IMG/VR virus record: IMGVR_UViG_3300033562_000310
Location: 1-31,883 of that record
Direction: 5' to 3' (one strand)
Source of the DNA: a virus
Taxonomy: Duplodnaviria; Caudoviricetes
DNA: 31,883 bases
Shown: positions 18,256 to 25,206 of the stretch, one piece after another
Layout: every line of letters begins with the position of its first letter
Position numbering within the stretch: the first letter of the stretch is position 1
The notes under the pieces: generated by a model
Seen by the model: only the letters and a program-made list of their open reading frames with translations
Told to the model about the DNA's origin: nothing
Database searches by the model: none
Program-made: the position numbers and the translations under genes

Positions 18256-18331
18256 AGTGGGAAAACCGAGGCTTTAAATTGAGTTTTAAGCGACTTTTTT
18301 TAGGTTTAGGTTGTATGGTAAGGAGGGGAAA

Positions 18332-19324
18332 ATGGTAATAAAAGACTTTGGAATGCCGTTCAATGATGTTGCGAGTGACAGACTTTATTCGGCAGCAGAT
18401 TGGCAGGAATACTACAAAAAATTAGTTGATAACGGAGTTGTTGGAGATGTGGTTACCAGTTTAAAAATAGAACAGCAAACGGTCTCAAATAAAACAGTAA
18501 AAGTTAATCCCGGGGCAATAGTCATAGAAGGCGCAATGAGAGTAATTGATAGTGCATTAAATGCAACCATTTCCGACAACACTTCCGGAAATCCCCGTGT
18601 TGACAGAATCATTGCAAGGCTGAATACTGCCGATCGAATGATTGAGTTTGCTGTGAAGCAGGGAACCCCGGCATCATCACCAACAGCTCCAGCGTTAACA
18701 CAAAACTCAACCACTTATGAAATATCTCTTGCCCAGGTATCAGTGGCAAACGGATTCTCAACAATTGTAACTGCGAACATTACCGATGAAAGAATATATA
18801 TGACATATAAGGACAGAATCCTAAATGACAGGATGACGGTTCTTGAGGGCGATGTTGATGATGTCAATACTAGGATGGACGGAATGGATCCTGCCAAATA
18901 TTACGGGAAGTATAGCCAACTATCAAATGGAAGCGCACATTCGGGCTCTGCAGGCAAAGGGATTATAACATTTGGAATCAAAGACAACGATGATTTCAGT
19001 GCTATCAATTTAGCTACTTTTCCTAAGCGGATCACGGTACCAACCGGGGTTACACGCGTTAGGCTTTACTGGAAAGGAACACTTAACAATAATGGGATTT
19101 TTGGAGTGAATATTTATTTGAATAAAAATGGTCAGGTCCGTCAAACAATGGTTGGCCTTTTCGGAGGCAGCACCACATCAACATATCTAACTACTATGGC
19201 AATGAGCGAAATTGTAAACTGCGTTTCGGGAGATTATTTTGAAATAAATGCGGATACGGCAGGAGTAGCAGATCCTTCTGCGGTATTATCTGGTTCGATA
19301 TTCGGCATGGAAGTGTTAAAATAG
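18332..19324 (+). CDS. second baseplate/receptor-binding protein with C1q/TNF-like head
   Basis: N-terminal FN....DRLYSAADW..Y...NGV, RVDRIIARLN, P.LTQ....YEISLA, ITDER; coiled coil; C-terminal RITVPTGV.RVRL...GDYFE. ATG 18332 after AAGGAGG. Confidence 0.75.
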   Translation: MVIKDFGMPFNDVASDRLYSAADWQEYYKKLVDNGVVGDVVTSLKIEQQTVSNKTVKVNPGAIVIEGAMRVIDSALNATISDNTSGNPRVDRIIARLNTADRMIEFAVKQGTPASSPTAPALTQNSTTYEISLAQVSVANGFSTIVTANITDERIYMTYKDRILNDRMTVLEGDVDDVNTRMDGMDPAKYYGKYSQLSNGSAHSGSAGKGIITFGIKDNDDFSAINLATFPKRITVPTGVTRVRLYWKGTLNNNGIFGVNIYLNKNGQVRQTMVGLFGGSTTSTYLTTMAMSEIVNCVSGDYFEINADTAGVADPSAVLSGSIFGMEVLK

Positions 19325-19355
19325 GTTGGCATTGATTTATTTAGGAGGTGATCAA

Positions 19356-19562
19356 TTGAGATTTAGCAAAAGGATAGTGCTTTCAATTGTAGTTCTCAAT
19401 GTGATATTTGCATCGGCAGTATTGATTGTATTCTGGCACACATCAAGTGAGCCAGGTATTTTGGTTGGCTGCTGGTTTGGATTCACAACAACGGAACTCT
19501 GGGCGCTATCGTCAATAAAAAAGAAGGAGAAGGTAAATAAAAATGATGAACTTAATACTTGA
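19356..19562 (+). CDS. two-TM membrane protein (holin-like)
   Basis: RFSKRIV followed by two hydrophobic segments and EP..L..CWF.F...ELW.L..IKK. TTG start after AGGAGGTG. Confidence 0.65.
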   Translation: MRFSKRIVLSIVVLNVIFASAVLIVFWHTSSEPGILVGCWFGFTTTELWALSSIKKKEKVNKNDELNT

Positions 19563-19875
19563 TAATTGGATAACGATAATGGTTATTGTTATTCTAATCG
19601 CCTTGGCCTATATTGGCCTGCAGACGAGATATAGAAGCCAGATTGCAGGATTCTTGCTTGAACTTGTAAGAGAAGCTGAGGACAGCTATGGCGGCGGCAC
19701 AGGCCCATTCAAAAAGGCTTATGTATGCGAGCTTGTTTATAATATGCTCCCGGATCTGGCCAAATTAATAGTACCTCAAAAATTAATAGGTAAATTAGTA
19801 GATAATGCCGCAAACCAACTAACAATATATTTGGAGGGATTAAGCAAAAGCACGAAATCAAAGCTGATAGAATAG
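19543..19875 (+). CDS. holin-like protein (one N-terminal TM helix)
   Basis: NW.....hydrophobic...LVREAE..YGGGTG..KK..V pattern; directly upstream of the endolysin. Confidence 0.7.
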   Translation: MMNLILDNWITIMVIVILIALAYIGLQTRYRSQIAGFLLELVREAEDSYGGGTGPFKKAYVCELVYNMLPDLAKLIVPQKLIGKLVDNAANQLTIYLEGLSKSTKSKLIE

Positions 19876-19885
19876 GAGATATTAG

Positions 19886-20521
19886 ATGTATTATTTTAAT
19901 AGTTTGCCTTATACTCCATTGAGAATAACCAGCCCATATGGAAACAGGGAAATTGATATACCAGGCGCCACAACTTGGCATGCCGGTGTAGATTTAGGCA
20001 CTGACAGATTAAAACCCCACACGGTCAAAAACGGGGGTCCTGTGGTCAGTGTAATGCAAGGGACAGTTCTTGAAAGCAAATGGAATTCTGCCAGAGGGTG
20101 GTTAGTTGTAGTTTACCACGGAACAAAGGACGGGAAAAACATAAGAACCCTATATCAGCATCTTATGGAGCAAGGTGCTAAGGTTGGAACAAAGGTTTCT
20201 GCTGGCAAGGTAATCGGCACTATGGGTAATACCGGTGTTGGCGCTCAACTCCATCTGCATTTCGAACTCAGGGAAAACGACAAGCCAGTGGATCCTACCT
20301 GGCATCTAATGAATATAAAGAAAATAGTGGAGGATGAAGAAGACATGATGAAGGTATATGAAACAGTTTCGGAGCTCAAAGGTGACTGGAAGATTGCCGT
20401 TGAGTGGGCCATTAAAGTTGGAATAATTGCCGGAAATGGAAAAACATTGGGACTCCGAGAGTCAGAAGTTAAATCACTGGTGTTTATGTATAGGGACCAC
20501 AAGCGAAATAACACATTATAG
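19886..20521 (+). CDS. endolysin, M23 family peptidase with C-terminal cell-wall-binding helix motif
   Basis: ITSPYG.R, HAGVD (HxxxD), YQHL, GNTG....HLHFE (HxH), VDP; C-terminal W.K.AVEWA...GII.G (SLH-like). Confidence 0.9.
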   Translation: MYYFNSLPYTPLRITSPYGNREIDIPGATTWHAGVDLGTDRLKPHTVKNGGPVVSVMQGTVLESKWNSARGWLVVVYHGTKDGKNIRTLYQHLMEQGAKVGTKVSAGKVIGTMGNTGVGAQLHLHFELRENDKPVDPTWHLMNIKKIVEDEEDMMKVYETVSELKGDWKIAVEWAIKVGIIAGNGKTLGLRESEVKSLVFMYRDHKRNNTL

Positions 20522-20533
20522 AGGGGGGCGAGT

Positions 20534-20767
20534 ATGGAACAATTTGATGCTAAATTTTGGATACAAATAGTGATATATGCCGGTAGCTTTGGAGCCTTTG
20601 GCGGGAAAATCATAACAGAACTTAAATATATGAAAGAAAAATTGGATAAGCACAACAGCTTTCAAGACCGGCTCACCAAAGTGGAGGGTTCAAGCGAGGC
20701 CATACATTTACGATTAGATGAAATTCGCGAGCATATTAAAGAATGCCCCAATAGAAACGGATATTAA
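20534..20767 (+). CDS. small membrane-anchored coiled-coil lysis-region protein
   Basis: N-terminal hydrophobic segment, then KLDKHN....RL.KVE.S....H.RLD. Confidence 0.65.
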   Translation: MEQFDAKFWIQIVIYAGSFGAFGGKIITELKYMKEKLDKHNSFQDRLTKVEGSSEAIHLRLDEIREHIKECPNRNGY

Positions 20768-20776
20768 ATAAATAAG

Positions 20777-20810
20777 CCACCCGGGGAGAAATCCTTGGGT
20801 GGATTTTTTA
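20777..20810. terminator. terminator between convergent genes (probably bidirectional)
   Basis: CCACCCGGGGA-GAAA-TCCTTGGGTGG, 11 bp including two G-U pairs; T-rich 3' flank and A-rich 5' flank. Confidence 0.8.
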
Positions 20811-20811
20811 T

Positions 20812-20964
20812 TTATCCAATTATCTTTTGCGCTGCGTGAACACACATTTTGGCCTGCGCACAATATTCTGACCACCGCTCGGCTGATGTTGTTGCCTCCT
20901 TGTCGTTTAAAACTGAATCGGCGAGGACGTTTACCAGGTTGATTATTTCCTTTTTGCTTTCCAT
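20812..20964 (-). CDS. 50-aa hypothetical protein (moron-like)
   Basis: Minus strand reads GAAAGAGGAG-acagtt-ATG, then MESKKEIINLVNVLADSVLNDKEATTSAERWSEYCAQAKMCVHAAQKIIG*. Its stop lies just before the terminator. Not in the ORF track. Confidence 0.7.
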   Translation of the reverse strand: MESKKEIINLVNVLADSVLNDKEATTSAERWSEYCAQAKMCVHAAQKIIG

Positions 20965-20984
20965 AACTGTCTCCTCTTTCTGAC

Positions 20985-21230
20985 TTAACACGCAAACGAT
21001 TATTTAACTCGCTTTACTCACACACTACTCGCAAGGCATTTGGAAACGTTGCAATTTCAACGTGTAAATTATAGTTTTTATATCAGGGGGATTTAATTTT
21101 GACATTTTTTACCATCTCCACAACCCTTGAAATGACTGGGGTTTCAACGTTTTTGCCTTTTTGAATTTTCTCAAATTTACCCTAATTTATGTCAATTTAG
21201 GGTAGTTAACACGCAAATAACACACAAAAG
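20985..21230. other. attP-like region with integrase arm-type repeats
   Basis: TTAACACGCAAA at 20985 and 21206, TAACACACAAA at 21218, degenerate copies (TAACTCGC, TACTCACA, TACTCGCAA) at 21005-21034; AATTTA repeats at 10-bp spacing over 21174-21199. Non-coding and directly downstream of the integrase. Confidence 0.7.
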
Positions 21231-21259
21231 TTTCGGTTATCTTTTAAGTTATCTCGGGT

Positions 21260-22243
21260 TTACATAATTTTTTTCATAGCCTTTTGCAGGTCGTCAATGT
21301 CGAGGTGTGTGTAGGTTTGTGCGGTCGTTGAATACTCTGCGTGGCCCATTATTAACTGTATAGATTTAGTGCTTGCTCCGGCCTTACTCAATATCGTGGC
21401 TGTGGTATGCCTGCACGTATGCGGCGACACGCCTTCAATTCCTAATTCTAGCAAAAACGGTTTGAAGTAATTCTCCCGGTAATTGTAAACCCCCAACTTT
21501 TTCCCATTATGTTCTATTAAGTACTTTTTATTCTCGCTTACCCATTTCGTTATTATTGGTCTGATTTCTTCGTGAATAGGCACAATTCTATTTCTACCAG
21601 CTTCAGTCTTACCGCCGCCCTTTATGGTCCACTTTTCCAAATCCACATCCTCAATCAGCAAATCGAAAAATTCTGAAATTCTCCACCCCATATAGATTAG
21701 TACAAGCACGGAGCCGGACCATTCGTTATTGGATTTCTTTATCAGTTCAATCTGTTCTTTCGTGAATGCGGTTCTTGGCTTTGCATCCGATTTTGGCAAT
21801 TTTAAAAACATGGTGTAGTCCTTTCCGATAACGTCCTGCTCTGCTGCATATGAGAATATCCGTTTCAGCACCGCAAACATCACCTTAACTGTGGCTTGTG
21901 ATTTCGTTTGATAAACTTTATCAACCAATTCCTGCATAGTGCTGGCCCGGATGTCGACGATCAAGTTGTCGTGTAGTGGGGCAAGATGCTTCCAAGCCCC
22001 GCTATACGCTTTAACTTGACTGTCTGTAAAAGTAGTTATGCCCTGTAATTCTTCGTAGACATTTTTTAATGTCAATTTACTTTTGGGCTTATTGGCGCTT
22101 TCGTCATATTGACCCAGCGCCCTCATCCCAGCCGCTTTTGTATCGAAGTACCCAATAGTGATTTTGTTCACTGTCGCTCGCCAGGGCTTTCTTCTGTTTC
22201 CGCTCATTCGGTATACTGTACCGAAGCCGTTTGGGTTTCGCAT
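21260..22243 (-). CDS. int: phage integrase (tyrosine recombinase)
   Basis: N-terminal arm-binding RNPNGFGTVYRMSGNRRKPW; catalytic GWRISE (R), KTEAG (K), HTCRHT (HxxR), MGHA (H), TYTH (Y). Confidence 0.95.
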   Translation of the reverse strand: MRNPNGFGTVYRMSGNRRKPWRATVNKITIGYFDTKAAGMRALGQYDESANKPKSKLTLKNVYEELQGITTFTDSQVKAYSGAWKHLAPLHDNLIVDIRASTMQELVDKVYQTKSQATVKVMFAVLKRIFSYAAEQDVIGKDYTMFLKLPKSDAKPRTAFTKEQIELIKKSNNEWSGSVLVLIYMGWRISEFFDLLIEDVDLEKWTIKGGGKTEAGRNRIVPIHEEIRPIITKWVSENKKYLIEHNGKKLGVYNYRENYFKPFLLELGIEGVSPHTCRHTTATILSKAGASTKSIQLIMGHAEYSTTAQTYTHLDIDDLQKAMKKIM

Positions 22244-22248
22244 AATAC

Positions 22249-22461
22249 TCACCCCATCTTTCTTTTACCAGGTCTCCTTAATTCTTTCGGTCTAATGCAA
22301 TTTTCAATCGTTCTTGCTGAATCACTGTACCCAGAAACCGACTCAATGGTTTTATTACATTTTGCATTGTAGTAAATCGCAATTTCCCCGTTGTCCATCT
22401 TTTGCATTGACAACATAATATTATCGGGCAATTCGGTTGGTATAAACAAACACAAAAGCAT
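22249..22461 (-). CDS. hypothetical protein at the ImmA/IrrE position, lacking HExxH
   Basis: RBS GAGGAGG; between repressor and integrase. LP..I.......NGEIAIYYNA loosely resembles ImmA N-termini. Confidence 0.55.
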   Translation of the reverse strand: MLLCLFIPTELPDNIMLSMQKMDNGEIAIYYNAKCNKTIESVSGYSDSARTIENCIRPKELRRPGKRKMG

Positions 22462-22468
22462 CCCTCCT

Positions 22469-22849
22469 CTACTGCTTCAAAGCCCTCATCATTTTTAGGG
22501 CCATTTCTCGTTGTGAAGGAGTTGCATCTTCCGCTTCCATAATGAGAAACTGTAGGGTTTCATCTTTCATTAGCAATTCAACATAATGCTTGATGGTTTC
22601 GTCTGGTTCGAAAATATGCCGGCTACCGTTCCTGATGTCCATTCCCTTTAGGTCGAAGTTAATCAACTGATCCATTGGAACATTAAACACTGCCGATATT
22701 TTTTGAATCACTTCCATTCTTGGTTCTGACGTTCCTGCTTCCCACTTTTGTATTGTAGTATAAGATTTATACCCTAGTTTATTTGCCATTTCTTCTAAAG
22801 TATAATCTGCCTTATTCCGCAAGTATCGAATGTTCGATTTAAAATACAT
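22469..22849 (-). CDS. CI-like XRE-family repressor
   Basis: NIRYLR....TLEEMANKLGYKSYTTIQKWEAG.SEP HTH; divergent from cro; no S24 autoproteolytic domain. Confidence 0.9.
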   Translation of the reverse strand: MYFKSNIRYLRNKADYTLEEMANKLGYKSYTTIQKWEAGTSEPRMEVIQKISAVFNVPMDQLINFDLKGMDIRNGSRHIFEPDETIKHYVELLMKDETLQFLIMEAEDATPSQREMALKMMRALKQ

Positions 22850-22872
22850 CTAACACACCTCCCTTATTCAGT

Positions 22873-22902
22873 AGTATACACCCAGCCAAGGGTAACAATC
22901 AA
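22873..22902 (-). promoter_or_regulatory. putative leftward (repressor) sigma-A promoter
   Basis: Minus strand TTGATT-N18-TATACT upstream of the repressor RBS. Confidence 0.5.
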
Positions 22903-22927
22903 TATATTTTTTTAATAAAGATATGCA

Positions 22928-22997
22928 ATTTTCGACAAATAATCATTAAAACACGAAATAAAATCACATAACACCCTTGACAGGTGCTGTCGAAAAT
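22928..22997. promoter_or_regulatory. operator-like sites in the immunity region
   Basis: Perfect 10-bp inverted pair ATTTTCGACA (22928) / TGTCGAAAAT (22988, inside the promoter spacer). AACACGAAA-N5-TCACAT at 22950, repeated at 23230. Confidence 0.55.
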
Positions 22998-23005
22998 GTT
23001 AGGAT
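22977..23005 (+). promoter_or_regulatory. rightward lytic (cro) sigma-A promoter
   Basis: TTGACA (22977-22982), N17, TAGGAT (23000-23005), with a TGn extension. Confidence 0.75.
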
Positions 23006-23026
23006 GTTGTAGAAAGAGAGGTGATG

Positions 23027-23215
23027 ATGTTGAAATATTCGATTAAGGAGTTACGGGCAAGATTCAATTTGACACAGAACGAATGCGCCGAAAAGGTTGG
23101 TACCACTGCTCAGACTTGGAACGCTTGGGAGCAAAACGCAGGCAGAATACAAATAAAAAACGCAATTATGATAGCGAAATTGTTCTCGGTTTCATTAGAC
23201 GAAATTAAGTGGTAA
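23027..23215 (+). CDS. Cro-like XRE HTH protein
   Basis: SIKELRARFNLTQNECAEKVGTTAQTWNAWE...IAKLF.V.LDEI. Confidence 0.88.
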   Translation: MLKYSIKELRARFNLTQNECAEKVGTTAQTWNAWEQNAGRIQIKNAIMIAKLFSVSLDEIKW

Positions 23216-23270
23216 TTTTTTTGCCTGTTAACACGAAAGTTATTCACATTTTAAGAAAATGGAGGGTAGT

Positions 23271-23486
23271 ATGGACATAGAAACACTAAAAAAAGAAATG
23301 CCGAAAACGGTATCGGTAATCGATGCGGCAGAGATTCTTGGCACAACGCAGATGATCGTCAGGCAGGGGTTGAAGCAGGGGCTGTTCCCTTTCGGCATAG
23401 CGGTTCAATTAAATCAATTAGAGAGTTACATCAATACCAGACGGTTCATTGCTTATATCGAAGCACAGGACCTTGTAAGAGGATAG
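23271..23486 (+). CDS. excisionase-like winged-HTH protein
   Basis: VSVIDAAEILG.....VRQGL.QG.FPFG.A......YI pattern; follows cro. Confidence 0.7.
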   Translation: MDIETLKKEMPKTVSVIDAAEILGTTQMIVRQGLKQGLFPFGIAVQLNQLESYINTRRFIAYIEAQDLVRG

Positions 23487-23500
23487 AAAGGGAAAACAAT

Positions 23501-24226
23501 ATGAATCAATTACAAATATTTAAAAACGAAGAGTTTGGGCAGGTAAGAGTTTTGGAGGTCGAAGGAGAAACGCATTTTGTGTTAAAGGATGTATGCGATG
23601 TTTTGGGCTTGTCTGATACAAGGAGAGTTGCAGAAAGACTTGATGACGATGAGTGTATTCAGACTCCAGTCACCGACAATTTAGGAAGAGAACAACAAAC
23701 ATACACTGTAAACGAAAGTGGCCTATATAACGTAATTATCCGCAGTGATAAACCACAAGCAAGACAATTCAAAAGATGGATCACGCACGATGTCATCCCC
23801 AGCATAAGAAAAACAGGCTCATATAAAATGCCACTCACAAAAAAAGAAGAAATGAGAATGTATCTTGATGCGCTTGAGGAACAGGAAGCAAAAATAGAAG
23901 CCGTGAACGAAGATCTCCAAGCATTCAAAAGAGAACTCCCAATTTTAGGCATTGAGTGCGACAGAATCACAGTTGCAGTTAAACGACGGGGCGTTGAATC
24001 ATTGGGTGGCAAAATGTCACATGCATATCAGGACAGGTCACTCAGGGGCAAAGTGTATTCGGATATTCACGGGCAGCTTAGACGAGAGTTTGATGTTTCC
24101 TCATATAAGGCTATCAAGCGAAATCAAAGCGACCTTGCAGTAAAGATTATCGGTAGTTATAAAACTCCGCTTGCTCTGCAGGAACAAATTAACGAATGCA
24201 ATCAACAGATAAGTCAAGAATTTTAA
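23501..24226 (+). CDS. antirepressor (BRO-N plus ORF6C-like C-terminal domain)
   Basis: LQIFKNEEFGQVR...FVLKDVC..L...VNESGLY..I.RS.KP.A..FKRWIT..V.PSIRKTGSY; C-terminal VYSDI...L.REF.V.SYK.I. Confidence 0.9.
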   Translation: MNQLQIFKNEEFGQVRVLEVEGETHFVLKDVCDVLGLSDTRRVAERLDDDECIQTPVTDNLGREQQTYTVNESGLYNVIIRSDKPQARQFKRWITHDVIPSIRKTGSYKMPLTKKEEMRMYLDALEEQEAKIEAVNEDLQAFKRELPILGIECDRITVAVKRRGVESLGGKMSHAYQDRSLRGKVYSDIHGQLRREFDVSSYKAIKRNQSDLAVKIIGSYKTPLALQEQINECNQQISQEF

Positions 24227-24243
24227 AAAGAGAGGGAATTAAG

Positions 24244-24408
24244 ATGGAAGAGAAAACACTATTTTCAAATTTTGATATCCAAATTGAATCAAGTGGAATA
24301 ATTATCAGTCAAGAGGGAAATAAAATCAAAGTTACATTGCTAGGTTCTGGTGACGACGAAGGAACAAATGTGACGTTTACTTGCTGCATGCCCGAAGAAA
24401 GGAAATAG
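24244..24408 (+). CDS. hypothetical protein
   Basis: RBS GAGAGGG with ATG at 24244; packed within the early operon. Confidence 0.55.
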   Translation: MEEKTLFSNFDIQIESSGIIISQEGNKIKVTLLGSGDDEGTNVTFTCCMPEERK

Positions 24409-24413
24409 CTGCC

Positions 24414-24575
24414 ATGAGACATGAAACCTGCAAAGTATGCAGAGAATCCTGGAACGTAAGCGTATTTATGGAATCCCCTGAAAATGGATATATATGCCCC
24501 AACTGCCGCAATGAAATAAAAAAAATAAAGGAGAATAGAAATGCTCGATGCAAATCTTACAAGAAAGCAAAATAA
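24414..24575 (+). CDS. small zinc-finger protein
   Basis: CKVC...WNVS...YICPNC; RBS AAGGA. Confidence 0.65.
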   Translation: MRHETCKVCRESWNVSVFMESPENGYICPNCRNEIKKIKENRNARCKSYKKAK

Positions 24576-25176
24576 AAAGCTTGAGAGACTGCTAATTCTA
24601 ACAGTAGCAATAGTATTTGTAATCCTTATTGTCTGCACAGCCCTTACAACAAAGTGGGTCAATGATATCAAAGTAATGACCGCCGATGAATTAAATGTTG
24701 TCAATGAAATCAATGTGGGAATCGAAGAAATTAAATATAGCGATGTTGGCAGCGATGAAGAACTTCTCATATATTATTCTGATGCAATGCCGGTTGAATA
24801 CTCTATCTTTACATTGAACACTTGTGAAAAGTATGGAGTGGATCCACGAGAAGTCTTTGCAATAATTGAAAAAGAAAGTGGCTTTGACACACAGGCCGTT
24901 TCATCCACTGGAGACTATGGCCTGATGCAAATAAACATATCAAACCTGCCAAAGTTACAAGAGGAATTAGGGACTACAGACTTACTTGACCCTTATCAAA
25001 ACATAGAGGCAGGAGTGTACTGGTATTCCGGTATTAAGGCGAATAACCACGGCAGCATAGAAAAGGACCTTATGGTGTACAATATGGGCTCCCGGGGCGC
25101 AAAAAGGCAGTGGGATGCGGGTGTAATATCCACTGAATATAGTCGTGATGTTGTTGAAAACATTTTGAGCATATAA
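24541..25176 (+). CDS. membrane-anchored lytic transglycosylase (SLT domain)
   Basis: N-terminal TM helix; AIIEKESGF (catalytic Glu), GDYGLMQIN, DPYQNI.AG, YNMG. Confidence 0.88.
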   Translation: MLDANLTRKQNKKLERLLILTVAIVFVILIVCTALTTKWVNDIKVMTADELNVVNEINVGIEEIKYSDVGSDEELLIYYSDAMPVEYSIFTLNTCEKYGVDPREVFAIIEKESGFDTQAVSSTGDYGLMQINISNLPKLQEELGTTDLLDPYQNIEAGVYWYSGIKANNHGSIEKDLMVYNMGSRGAKRQWDAGVISTEYSRDVVENILSI

Positions 25177-25206
25177 AAAAGACCAATTAAAGAAAGAGGT
25201 GTACCG

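Noticed and set aside
20714-20995. 93-aa minus-strand ORF from the track
   Set aside because: It has no RBS, runs through the terminator and overlaps the upstream gene. A different frame (20812-20964) has a strong RBS and stops just before the terminator.
21080-21100. tRNA-like att core (minus strand TTAAATCCCCCTG resembles a T-loop)
   Set aside because: It lacks GTTCRA and an acceptor stem or CCA end, and no cloverleaf can be drawn.
20985-21230. Short repeats read as a mini CRISPR array
   Set aside because: The repeats are only 9-12 bp and irregularly spaced, with no spacer-sized unique units or cas genes. Integrase arm sites explain them better.
17777-21260. A DGR template repeat or reverse transcriptase downstream of the fibre
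   Set aside because: I found no AAC-rich copy of the VR and no ORF with RT motifs (YxDD) here or elsewhere in the window. The search was by eye, so a short diverged copy could have been missed.
23230-23249. LexA/DinR SOS box upstream of the xis-like and antirepressor genes
   Set aside because: CGAAAGTTATTCAC does not fit GAAC-N4-GTTC; I treated it as a phage operator instead.
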